A stretch of DNA of 64,000 nucleotides from Pecten maximus (lineage: Eukaryota), in NCBI RefSeq assembly GCF_902652985.1, contig NC_047016.1, positions 40,114,001 to 40,178,000 of the forward strand. Reading direction: 5' to 3'. Every line of letters starts with the position of its first letter. The stretch's first letter is position 1. Positions 52,234-64,000 of the stretch are shown in pieces. Under the pieces are notes generated by a model, which saw only the letters and a program-made list of their open reading frames with translations, had not been told where the DNA came from and ran no database searches. The position numbers were made by a program, and so were the translations under genes.

Positions 52234-52450
52234 TACGGAAGGCGGTTTGTGCCATATGAAGTAAACTTTTACGTCGTAATTACGACTAAGCTATCTCGTA
52301 ATTACGACTTAGTTTGTCGTAATTACGACAGCTGTCTCGTCATTACGACTGAATATGTCGTAATTACGACATGAAAAGTCGTAATTACGACATACTGTCA
52401 TGATTACGACATGAAAAGTCTACTTCATGTGGCACTAACCGGCTTCCGTG
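52234..52450. mobile_element. MITE with internal palindromic GTCGTAATTACGAC repeats
   Basis: TIRs ACGGAAGGCGGTTTGTGCCATATGAAGTA / TACTTCATGTGGCACTAACCGGCTTCCGT. Confidence 0.8.
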
Positions 52451-52659
52451 CGTTTCAAGCCCATGTGTAATGTTATATAGAGTTTTATATATAATTGCCT
52501 TCCATACTATCCTCGGTCCAAGATAATAGCTCTACCGCTTATTAAGTGCGACTTTCACATGGGTCCGATCATGTTTTATCAGTGCGTTTCTGAGATATAT
52601 TATTTTTTACAGAATTTTAATCTAGACCCCCCCCCCCAAAAAAAAAAAACGTCCGAAAA

Positions 52660-53055
52660 TGTGCTATACACCAAAAGGGTAGGTCCAATTACACGTAGAC
52701 TGTAACAAATTACCAGGTCCCTGTGCTATACACCAATGGGGTAGGTCCAATTACACTAGACCGTAACAATTTACCAGGTCCCTGTGCTATACACCAATAG
52801 GGTAGGTCCAATTACACGTAGACTGTAACAATTTACCAGGTCCCTGTGCTATACACCAATAGGGTAGGTCCAATTACACGTAGACCGTAACAATTTACCA
52901 GGTCCCTGTGCTATACACCAATAGGGTAGGTCCAATTACACGTAGACTGTAACAATTTACCAGGTCCCTGTGCTATACACCAATAGGGTAGGTCCAATTA
53001 CACGTAGACTGTAACAATTTACCAGGTCCCTGTGCTATACACCAATAGGGTAGGT
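52660..53055. repeat. 62-bp tandem repeat, about 6.5 copies
   Basis: GTGCTATACACCAATAGGGTAGGTCCAATTACACGTAGACTGTAACAATTTACCAGGTCCCT. Confidence 0.95.
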
Positions 53056-53236
53056 ATCGCCACTGATGAAGATTAAAATTCGCTAGAAATACACCCCACC
53101 TCTTTCCTTCTTAAATAATCACCGGACTCTGTAGCAACTTCTCAGATCCCAACCTGTGGTACAGTTCACTAAAAGATTGCAAATAAATATTCATAAGAGA
53201 AATTATGGCGCGGGAAAGATGTTATAATTAAATATT

Positions 53237-53482
53237 TTTGCCTAGCCAAATTATTTTTGCCTAGGCAGAAATCGAATTTTGCCTAGGCAAATATATTTCT
53301 GCCTAAGCAAGAATAGTTTTGCCTCGATTTCTGCCTAGGCAAAATTCGATTTTTGCCTAGGCAATAATCGAAACAAAATTATTTTTGCCTAGGCAAATAT
53401 CGAATATTGCCTAGACTGAAATATTTTTGCCTAAGCAATATTCGATTTTCGCCTAGGCAAGAAATAATTTTGCCTAGGCAAT
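53237..53482. repeat. Palindromic TTGCCTAGGCAA minisatellite
   Basis: About 11 copies at roughly 21-bp spacing. Confidence 0.9.
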
Positions 53483-53484
53483 GA

Positions 53485-53975
53485 TATCTACCGTTTCAAT
53501 ATTTAGAGTGTGTGACGATAGTCGAATTTTAGTTATTTCTCTCAAGTATTCAACTGATATGGACTTTTTCAGATAATTCTGTAAACTATAATTGTTGTAA
53601 ACATGTTGATATAAAATTCCTTTAGAGGACAATATTTTTTTTTTCTACACACTCTTTCATATAAATCAAAACGTCTTTCCTTTGTCATTTGAAGATCATT
53701 AATGTCAACCTTTTGTGATTCCCATTTATATCCGAAACCTATTCTATGTAATTCTGCCTTGATATTCAACATCCATCTATCATTATTTTCTAACATGTCG
53801 TCATAGCAAGACTGTGAAATATAATTTCGGGAGTTTCTCAGTTTCATCCAATATTTCATAATTCTAATTTTTCGTAGCACTCTTAATGGATACCTACCTA
53901 CTTCAAGATAAACCACATCGTTACTTTTACTTTTACGTACACCAAGCAATTTATTACAAAAAGTAATATGTACTT
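53485..53975 (-). mobile_element. LINE 3' remnant
   Basis: LLGVRKSKSNDVVYLEVGRYPL...IMKYWMKL, typical post-RT region of CR1/L2-like ORF2. Confidence 0.75.
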
Positions 53976-55674
53976 AAAATGCTATTAATATATGTAGCAA
54001 ATACAGTTGTGTTCCAACGTTGAAATATTTTTTTCGGCATAGCCGTATAATATTCTTTTGTCCCCGGAAATGACGCGACAGGTAGCGTTACTGGTCAAGA
54101 TGAAGTATGTGATTGGTCAATGTAGCGGTAAATGCAAAATGCAGATATGCAGTTAAAAACGGAACAAAGTTAAGATTGAATGCAAGCTGAATAAGTGGAT
54201 GCATCTTTTCAAATGACACATTAATAAAATTATATTCCTGATTGAAATGCAGCCGTATTCAGTTTTCAACAAAAAAAAAAAAAAAACACACAAAAAAAAA
54301 CAACAAAAAAACAAACAAAGAGAAAAAAATATGTTCTCTCATATCTCGCCATGTTGGATAGAGTTTGCCCATGTAAGATAGCTATGTAAGATAAATCTAT
54401 CTTACATAGCATTTCACGCGCGCGGAGTAATCTGCTAGCAAGGGGGACAACTCTCACAACGTCGTCTGCTTGTGTTTACATCCGACAGTCCTTATCGTCG
54501 GTGTCGGTTTTGAAACGTTGGACTTAACTATAAAAATACATACATTCTTAGATAAATATATATCATATCAGCAGTAAATAAATAGGGCTACACGGTTAAA
54601 CGATTAGACATTTCATCTGAGCGAACATATAACTCCGTTACTGTAACAAACAGTAACACTTACAGTACAATACAGACTTGCCTACCCGACAGATTTGTCA
54701 TTTGTCATTAAAAACATGTAAACACACACAATCACCTGGCAATGACAGGAAGTAAAATAAAAGCCATACATAAAAAATATAAAAAAGAAAATGTCAAACG
54801 TCACAACCTATGAAATGGTTCCGTTTGCGTCAGCAGGGGGCCCTGGAATTTGTTTACTCTACTGTACTGTCAGTAACTGTTAGGCCTACTCAGTAACCTG
54901 TGTATTTGGAAGTTGGGAATTGGCTCTTAAATGAACGAACATTCGGTAAAAATGACACCCCTCGATGTTCATATAAAAATATTTATTTTAATTGTAACTC
55001 AGAGTCTATATTTGTGTAGAGTAACCATGAAAACTAACTGCCATCCTAGCCTTTCAATATGATCATCGTTAGCCTATCGACTGACCTACCTTCGTCATTC
55101 CATCAAGACAACCGGTTAAACACATATAATCCTATGTCACAGAAAAGATCGAATATTCGTATAGAGTCACTGTTCGCTGGTTCACACACGAAGTTGCCAA
55201 AATCACAGTGCATTTAAAATTACCAGCCACGAAACATCGCCGCGTCATGGCGATAACTCTCAATATCCTTGAACTATAAATGGAATTCCAATGACAGTCG
55301 TGACGTCATGCAGTGACGTAGTATTTTATAAAAAAAAATTGACTTGACATTTAAAAGTACAGTGTGTTCTGTGAAATGATTAAATATGTCGAGGTGCAAA
55401 TCAAATTATATGTGAAGTTGGAAAACTCATTTCAGCGTTGGCTTTCAGTATTGTTGATAGAACTTCTTTTTCTCGGATGTTGACAATTTGATCACGGCCA
55501 CGTAAAAGTCGGTCAAGTTACGGTTATTTTTATCGGCGAATTGTTCATTCGTTAATCACTTAACCACAAAATGAATGAAATTTGTGCGCAAACATAGTTT
55601 GGCAAAATAGGGTATGATCTTTCAGAATATCACAAGTATATTTCGCCAGAAATTCGGTAATGATATGAGAGAAA

Positions 55675-55831
55675 AAGACTCTTTCATTATGTGTGTATGT
55701 AGGATAGGGATATTCCACCCTCGGGATCACAAAATGTGGTAAAACCCTCGGCAAGCCTCGGGTTTCACCACATTTTGTGACCCCTCGGGTGGAATATCCC
55801 TATCCTACATATACACATATGAAAGAGTCTT
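55675..55831. repeat. Long near-perfect inverted repeat (about 70-bp arms)
   Basis: AAGACTCTTTCAT...GTAGGATAGGGATATTCCACCC...CACAAAATGTGGT / ACCACATTTTGTG...GGGTGGAATATCCCTATCCTAC...ATGAAAGAGTCTT. Confidence 0.85.
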
Positions 55832-58079
55832 ATATTATTTATATGAGCTTATCTATACACAAACTATGAATGCTGTCCCTAGTTGATGGTTTTAGTCAAA
55901 CCCACTAATTGATATAACTAGTCATTACGTGGTAGGGAACGCAATCAATCGGTCGGTTAAAGTGGGACAAAGAAAAATCCGAAGACCTGTTTCTTAAGAA
56001 GAAATTTCAGCTCGCCCCGCAGGAACCATCAGCATCAGAAACAAGTCAAAATGGTACACCTGATGTAACAAAGTTCTCTGGTGGCGCTAACATTTTAGAG
56101 CATTCAGGACATAAAAGATCAATACCAAATGTATGCATTTTATATACAAAATTTGCAAGATATATGTATTACATGAGAGGTTGAAGCAAATTCTAAATAG
56201 CACACAAAACTTATTTTCAATATAATTTCAAAATTAGTTGTCAAATAAAAAAGATGCCAGATACATATACTAATATAGACTTAAAAACTTAATATAGACT
56301 TAAAAGTGTTTCGATAAGTTTAAAATGAGCTTTGATACAAAAACGCTAAGTCCTAAACATAGGAAACTTAAATTAAAAGAAAACAAAATAGAATAATTCA
56401 ATAATATTTTTTTGTAACTTTACTCCACCTCTCTTGTCTTGAACAATCAGTCTATTTGGTATTGTACCTTCAAAATAGAGCAAATTATTTTCTAAATTCT
56501 CCTAATTTTCTTCTGTTTATCTCTCCTACCATTCCCTTTTACAATACATATTTATTTTATACAATTCAGATTATCTTTTTTATACTAAACAGATTATATT
56601 TTTAAATATGTCTCAAGTACACGTATTGGCTTTTTTGCAGTTAGACGTACATGTAAAACCATTTCAGGTAAAAGTAGATTTCAATTGATTCCACGAGGAA
56701 AAGGAGTATCTGAAAGCTCTTTTACACATGTCAGACAATCTAACAGCTATATTCAGATAGGTGCTGAATGTAATCTATATAGCATTGTTATATCTCCTAT
56801 CCCTTAAAAATGTATTCATTATCTTATATAAGATATGTTATCACGATAATATGCCGAAACACAATACAAAATAGAATTATAATTTAACTCATTCCATTAT
56901 AACAATTATACACAACGAGAAAAACTTTTTTTCCAAAAGATTTTTGTATGTGTGTCTGTGTATTTCGGCACAAATTGCACGAAACTTGTAGAAAAAATAA
57001 TCTGATACTTTCTCAATTAAGAAAAGTAAAATAAGCGCCTATATCATCTATTGTTAAACGTACATGTAGTGAATGAGCGAATATTAAAAAAATTGAGAAA
57101 ATATCTCATTTACATATTTAAATTGCTCATTTAAATATGATTTAAAATTTGGGCATAGTAACTTTATTTTTTTCTGGGGTCTGATCTAGCCCACCATCCT
57201 CCCTTTGATGCCACTACTTACAACCGGAAACCAGGGTGAAGTCTGATTTACATATTTGTTACTGCTAATCTTAAAATGAATAATAAAACATTAACCAAAA
57301 GAACAGGTCCGGAGTCATATATGCGCATAGAGTACAAAATTCACTATTGGAATTTTCCTCACTACATGGCAGTTGGCAAAATGCAGAAATGAATCAATAC
57401 TTTTAAGGAAATCGTTTGCTTTCAAACGTTAGGTGAACGTTACTATACATATGCTTAGGAATGTTATTGAATATAATGAAACACAGCTTTCTGAACGCAG
57501 ATAGACACAGAAATCTAATTTTCAAATGTACAGATTTTGATATTATATATGTACCCTTTGTCTGATCTTCAATGAAATTGGTAAATTAATGTATTTGTAA
57601 ATCATTAGGTTTGCACACCAACGCTGTCACGAATGTTTTGCCTTATATATGAAGGCTGCTAAATAGTGGGATTAACGTCTTCAAACGAGACCAAGTGTGG
57701 TTTTCCTGGCTTGCCTGGGTTGTCACATGAACACAGTTCCCTGGTAGTTAAGCTTCTGAACTCTGACCCCTATCAGAGAGAGTGTCCTAGGCTCGGCTAT
57801 AACCGGAACAAGGACATTAATCCTCGTCAATCAACCCCTATACGAGTATAATGATAATCGTTATAATTCCAACTTTTAACTTAACTCTAGAACAGTAAAA
57901 TAATCAACATTAATTTTAGGAATTACCAAGAAAAATGTGCTAAAGAACTAAGGACACTTTCCAAAGGTAATCCCAAGGCTTTTTGGAAACCACTTAATAA
58001 GTTCAGCCCAACAAAAAAGAAGAACCCGTGTGTACCTTTAGATATTTTTCATAGTTACTTTAAAAAAATCAATAATGGT

Positions 58080-58254
58080 NNNNNNNNNNNNNNNNNNNNN
58101 NNNNNNNNNNNNNNNNNNNNNNNNNNNNNNNNNNNNNNNNNNNNNNNNNNNNNNNNNNNNNNNNNNNNNNNNNNNNNNNNNNNNNNNNNNNNNNNNNNNN
58201 NNNNNNNNNNNNNNNNNNNNNNNNNNNNNNNNNNNNNNNNNNNNNNNNNNNNNA
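58080..58254. other. Assembly gap
   Basis: Run of N. Confidence 1.
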
Positions 58255-58292
58255 TTACGGAAGCTGAAGTATTGACTGCAGTTAAACAGTTA

Positions 58293-60497
58293 ACAAGGGC
58301 CCAATGGGCCCAAATCGCTCACCTGCAATGCAGTGATCTTTTCATATATGGATCCTGCAGTTATTTGAAAGCATGCTACAGGACCAATATAATGTCTCTC
58401 TGCACTTTGGCTTTTCACTAAAAGTCATTTAAAGATTTAAGCATACTTGATCGACGTGACCTTGAATGAAGGTCAAGGTCATTCATTTGAACAAACTTGG
58501 TAGCCCTTCACCCCAGCATGCTACAGACCCAATATCAACTCCCTGGGACTCTTGGTTATTGAGAAGAAGTTGTTTAAAGATTTTAGCCTTTTTGACCCCT
58601 GTGACCTTGAATGAAGGTCAAGGTCATTCATTTGAACAAACTTGGTAGCCCTTTACCCCAGCATGCTACAGACCCAATATCAACTCTCTGGGACTCTTGG
58701 TTATTGAGAAGAAGTCGTTTAAAGATTTTAGCCTTTTTGACCACTGTGACCTTGAATGAAGGTCAAGGTCATTCATTTGAACAAACTTGGTAGCCCTTCA
58801 CCTCAGCATGCTACAGGCCAAATATTAGGTCTCTGGGACTCTTGGTTATTGAGAAGAAGTCGTTTAAAGATTTCAGCCTTTCACCCCAGCATGCTACAGA
58901 CCAAATATCAACTCCCTGGGACTCTTGGTTATTGAGAAGAAGTTGTTTAAAGATTTTAGCCTTTTTGACCCCTGTGACCTTGAATGAAGGTCAAGGTCAT
59001 TCATTTGAACAAACTTGGTAGCCCTTCACCCGAGCATGCTACAGACCCAATATCAACTCCCTGGGACTCTTGGTTATTGAGAAGAAGTCGTTTAAAGATT
59101 TTAGCCTTTTTGACTCCTGTGACCTTGAATGAAAGTCAAGGTCATTCATTTGAACAAACTTGGTAGCCCTTCACCCCAGCATGCTACAGACCCAATATCA
59201 ACTCCCTGGGACTCTTGGTTATTGAGAAGAAGTCGTTTGAAGATTTTAGCCTTTTTGACTCCTGTGACCTTGAATGAAAGTCAAGGTCATTCATTTGAAC
59301 AAACTTGGGAGCCCTTCACCCCAGCATGCTACAGGCCAAATATTAGGCCTCTGGGACTCTTGGTTATTGAGAAGAAGTCGTTTAAAGATTTTAGCCTTTT
59401 TGACTCCTGTGACCTTGAATGAAAGTCAAGGTCATTCATTTGAACAAACTTGGGAGCCCTTCACCCCAGCATGCTACAGGCCAAATATTAGGCCTCTGGG
59501 ACTCTTGGTTATTGAGAAGAAGTCGTTTAAAGATTTTAGCCTTTTTGACTCCTGTGACCTTGAATGACGGTCAAGGTCATTCATTTGAACAAACTTGGTA
59601 GCCCTTCACCCCAGCATGCTACAGACCCAATATCAACTCCCTGGGACTCTTGGTTATTGAGAAGAAGTCGTTTAAAGATTTTAGCCTTTTTGACCCCTGT
59701 GACCTTGAATGAAAGTCAAGGTCATTCATTTGAACAAACTTGGTAGCCCTTCACCCGAGCATGCTACAGACCCAATATCAACTCCCTGGGACTCTTGGTT
59801 ATTGAGAAGAAGTCGTTTAAAGATTTTAGCCTTTTTGACTCCTGTGACCTTGAATGAAAGTCAAGGTCATTCATTTGAACAAACTTGGTAGCCCTTCACC
59901 CCAGCATGCTACAGACCCAATATCAAGTCCCTGGGACTCTTGGTTATTGAGAAGAAGTCGTTTAAAGATTTTAGCCTTTTTGACTCCTGTGACCTTGAAT
60001 GAAAGTCAAGGTCATTCATTTGAACAAACTTGGGAGCCCTTCACCCCAGCATGCTACAGACCCAATATCAAGTCCCTGGGTCTTTTGGCTATTTAGAAGA
60101 AGTCATCTAATTTTTTTTTAGCCTTTTTGACTCCTGTGACCTTGAATGAAAGTCAAGGTCATTCATTTGAACAAACTTGGTAGCCCTTTACCCCAGCATG
60201 CTACAGACCCAATATCAACTCCCTGGGACTGTTGGTTGTTGAGAAGAAGTCGTTTGAAGATTTTAGCCTTTTTGACTCCTGTGACCTTGAATGAAGGTCA
60301 AGGTCATTCATTTGAACAAACTTGGTAGCCCTTCACCCCAGCATGCTACAGGCCCAATATTAGGTCTCTAGGCCTTTTGGTTATTGAGAAGAAGTTGCTT
60401 GAATGGAAAGTTGACGCCGGACGGACGGCCGGACGGACGGACGACGGACGCCGCGCCACGGCATAAGCTCACTTGCCCTTCGGGCAGGTGAGCTAAA
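58293..60497 (-). mobile_element. Helentron-like non-autonomous element carrying a 145-bp satellite (13 full + 1 partial units)
   Basis: ACAAGGGCCCAATGGGCCC...GCTCACCTG at one end, GGAC/GAC microsatellite + AGCTCACTTGCCCTTCGGGCAGGTGAGCT hairpin at the other; 145-bp units (GTGACCTTGAATGAAGGTCAAGGTCA...) about 58455-60400. Confidence 0.85.
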
Positions 60498-62564
60498 AAA
60501 CAGCAAAGCCCCTGGTGTTGATACAATTTTAAATGAATATTTTAAAAATCTCACCACCTGAAATGATAAATATATATTGCAAACTTTTCAATTTTATTTT
60601 CAACACAGGTAAAATACCTGACAGTTGGACTATCGGTGTTATCAATTAAACCTATGTACATTTGTATAAAAACAAGGGTAACGAGGAAGATCCCGATAAC
60701 TATAGAGCAATAACCCTTATCAGCTGCCTAGGCAAACTGTTTACTTCGATATTAAATTCTAGATTAAATGCATTTAAAAAAAAATCTTATCTAAAAAAAA
60801 CAAGCAGGATTTCTAAAAAATTACTCTACGACGGATAACATATTTATAATGCATATATTGATATCAATATACCTTGCTAATAATAAGAAATTATACTGTA
60901 CTTTTGTTGATTTTCGGAAAGCATTTGATACAGAGTGGCGTATAGGTTTATGGGATAAAATGAGAAAGAGTAACATCAAAGGAACATGTTTTAGAGTTAT
61001 TCATAACATGTATGGTAATATAAAATCTTGTGTACAATATAACGCACAAACATCCGATTATGTTCCGTGTTAAGTTGGCGTTCGCCAGGGCGAAAATCTC
61101 TCACCGTTTCTTTTTTTCAGTATTTTTAAATGACTTGGAAGAATATCTGGCATCAGAAGGAGTTAACTCCCCTGAAACCATTACGCATAAATTATTTGAT
61201 AATCTACAAATATCTATGAAAATCTTTAAACTTCTGTATGCGGACGATATCGTTTTTTTTCTGAAACACCAGAGGACATGCAAAAGGCTCTAGACATATC
61301 TCAGAAATACTGTGATACATGGAAACTTCAGGTAAATATAAACAAAACAAAAGTTCTAGTTTTTAGTAAAAGGAAAAACCGACGAGTTTTTAACTTTGTA
61401 TTAAATGGGCAACTTTTAGAAATAACAGATACTTAGCATGTTGTCACCTTGAGATACAACGAAAATTTGTCATCCGCAATAAAGAGATTGGTTGACCAAG
61501 CCCAGAAGTCTATATACTCTATTTATAATAAAAAAAAGTACGCAATAATGCAATACCTATAGATTTACAATTGAAATTATTTGACTCGTTAGTTGAGCCG
61601 ATATTGTTATACGGTTCTGAGGTGTAGGGATATGAAAATACCAGTCAAATAGAACAAACACATTTGAAATTCTGTAAACGAATATTAAAAGACCGAAGTA
61701 GTACACCAAATTTTATGATTTATGGTGAATTAGGAATATTTCCACTTGTAGTGAATGTTAAATTGAGAAAGTTGTCTTTTTGGAATACACTTATACAGAA
61801 TGAGAAAAAAATAAGTACTGTAGTATGTTATATAAACTTATCTCAAAGTTACATAACGAAGGTGGTCATATATTTAAATGGTATCGTTTATTAAAAATAT
61901 TTTTGATGAATCTGGTTACTCAAACATTTTTATGAATAATATACAAATGACTGATGGTTTCTATAAATACTTAATGAAGCAACGTATCCAAGACCAGTTT
62001 ATACAGCAATGGTATTCAAATCATATGTAGGTTCCCCTTGGTCCCTCGTATTGCATTTTGGGACCAATTTGCCCTGAAAACAACCTGGCCAACAAACAGC
62101 CATTATCGCTAAATCTCAAATTTCATATATAGCTAGGATTCCCTTGTTTGAAAAGTACTTGAGGGATGTCTCAATTTGCACAGATTAGTAAAAGGAAGGG
62201 AAAAATAGAGAGAAGATCAATCTGACATAGAACCTATAAAGATCATTCAATGGTGGGCGGCTAAGATCCCTCTGGGGTCTCTTGTTAATTTCTTATTAGT
62301 TTCTATGCAATTTCAAATTTGAAGATACCATAAATATTTATATCATTGTTGCAATGATGCTTTTATTGTGTTATTGAAGAAAAATATATATGTTTAGAAG
62401 TCTTTCTGTCAATTCAATTTTAGTAATAATAGCGATAAATGTAATGTCAATATTTTCATTTGTCCATCTTGCCATGGATTGTATAGTATTTGGAAATCCA
62501 TGTAACACATTTTAATGTGTCTGGGTGACTAATTAAATCTTTATTATTATTAGTAGTAGTATCT

Positions 62565-62770
62565 ATACACTTCTGCCAGTGGTGTTTAAGGGCCTCAATG
62601 CCACTTTTATAGAACTCGTTTTCCTTCCCTGTTCATAAAGTCATCCACTGCATGTATGACATCATCATCGGACTTAAAGTGGGTGCCTGAAATATCTGTT
62701 TTCAGTTTTGGAAATACATGTAGATGAAAGTCTGATGGAGGAGATCAGGTGAATGAACCCAACTTCATAC
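62565..62770 (-). mobile_element. Mariner transposase C-terminal remnant
   Basis: Minus strand gives SPDLPPSDFHL..FPKLKTDISGTHFKSDDDV, matching the mariner YSPDLAPSDFHLF motif. Confidence 0.7.
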
Positions 62771-64000
62771 CATGGTCCCTGTAAATGGCTTCTGTGGGGT
62801 TTTACTGGACATGGAGGGGAACTAACACATCAAGTGTTCGAATATTTAAAATGGCCGTCTGTCACCTACTTCATCCTGATCAGACTCAAAATTGAATGAA
62901 CACAAACCTTAGTTCCTGACCCCAAGTACTTGTGGCTCACAATAATCAAGTGGATCGCTTTTCAAATAAGATATATATATTTGATCAAAGTACACCAGTA
63001 TTAATTCAAATTTGGCTCAACTCCATAAAACTTTTTTCTGTTTCCATGGAAAGTAAAAATCAGAAAATCACTGTTTACATTCCTTTCCAGGCTTCATCTT
63101 CAAAACTCCTCATTTAGTGTATATATTAGGTTGGTTCCTTTTTCTATGTGATGACCTTTCACTTTCCATTTTTCCTGTTACCACAGTAACATAGTCAATG
63201 ACACAAAATTACTGTTGACTTTCCTTGCCAGGCTACAACTTCAAAACCGTTCCATTAAACTCCACAAAACTTTCTGTTTATAAAAAGTTTAGTGCCCTAG
63301 TTGTGCCTTTTTAAGTGAAACACACAAAGGATCTCGTCAGATATAAATTCTTCTATAGATCATATTTTGGTTTACATCCCAACAACTGGGCTTAGTTACG
63401 GGACAATGCCATGCTTTGTGACTCCTCGTTGTAATATATTTCGGTCGATGGACGTTTCATTGAAATATAAGACCTGGAATGGTTTCTCCCCTTCTTATTC
63501 ATTTTTACATGAACAAGTAAAAGCAGAAAATATTTCATTCAATAAGACAACAAACAATCTATATGAATATGTATTTATTTATTGTTCTGAAATTTTGATC
63601 TTTGTTGATGTATATATATCTTTCTGGATTTCTAATGCTTGGTTTGTTAATTAAAACTCTTCTTTTTACTGTAACAATCCATTGAGAATATTTCACTGTG
63701 AAATGAAATGTATTGCCAAAAACCTTATAAACTTATTAATCCTTTTTTCATTTTGATGGACCACATACTGGTAGTGTACCTCCACATCAAAATCTTATGA
63801 TAACAGCTGTTAAGTGATAGTCAATACTTAAATTGACCAAATAAATATATGAATAAGTATTTTTTTCCTAGGAAAGTTTTGACACATCAGTTTGTTTTCC
63901 TGGTTTAATTGATGTCACAACCAGCTCGATCCATGCTATTAAATTTTTAAACATCTTTTCCATTTTGATCTCCTAGCTTCGGGCTGCAGCTTTTACTTGG

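Larger units (their letters stand above)
57900..62025 (+). mobile_element. Decayed LINE ORF2 interrupted by an N gap and a satellite-bearing element
   Basis: NPKAFWK, ITEAEVLTAVKQL / NSKAPGVD, NYRAITLISCLGKLFTSI, FVDFRKAFD, GVRQGENLSP, LLYADD, IYGELG. Confidence 0.9.

Noticed and set aside
58466-60328. Repeated 60-97-aa ORFs (MKVKVIHLNK...)
   Set aside because: 145-bp satellite units, not a multiple of three, inside a non-autonomous element.

Overview
AT-rich, intron-containing eukaryotic DNA with a repeat landscape typical of a bivalve mollusc (taxon is inference). Two conventional genes flank the window: lysosomal thioesterase PPT2 (minus strand, 8 exons visible, first intron GC-AG, last exon outside the window) and a 4-exon, 377-aa melatonin-receptor-like rhodopsin GPCR (plus strand). 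Between them (about 10.6-38.8 kb) lies the main finding: five intact copies of a two-exon, 131-aa orphan gene (three on minus, two on plus). Every copy sits directly behind a 7-9-unit array of a 71-bp repeat whose unit carries an optimal TCF/LEF site (AGATCAAAGG), a TAATTA homeodomain core and two CAGGTA motifs, followed by a double-CCAAT/TATA-like core promoter. Coding exons and arrays are nearly identical while introns and flanks have diverged, and the 3' ends show expansions of K-box (TGTGATA) and UGUA-rich motifs. The rest is decayed LINEs, tRNA-derived SINEs, Helentron-like non-autonomous elements carrying satellites, MITEs with palindromic minisatellites, a 4.48-kb tandem duplication and an N gap (58080-58254). 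All gene models were spliced by eye; nothing was searched against databases.
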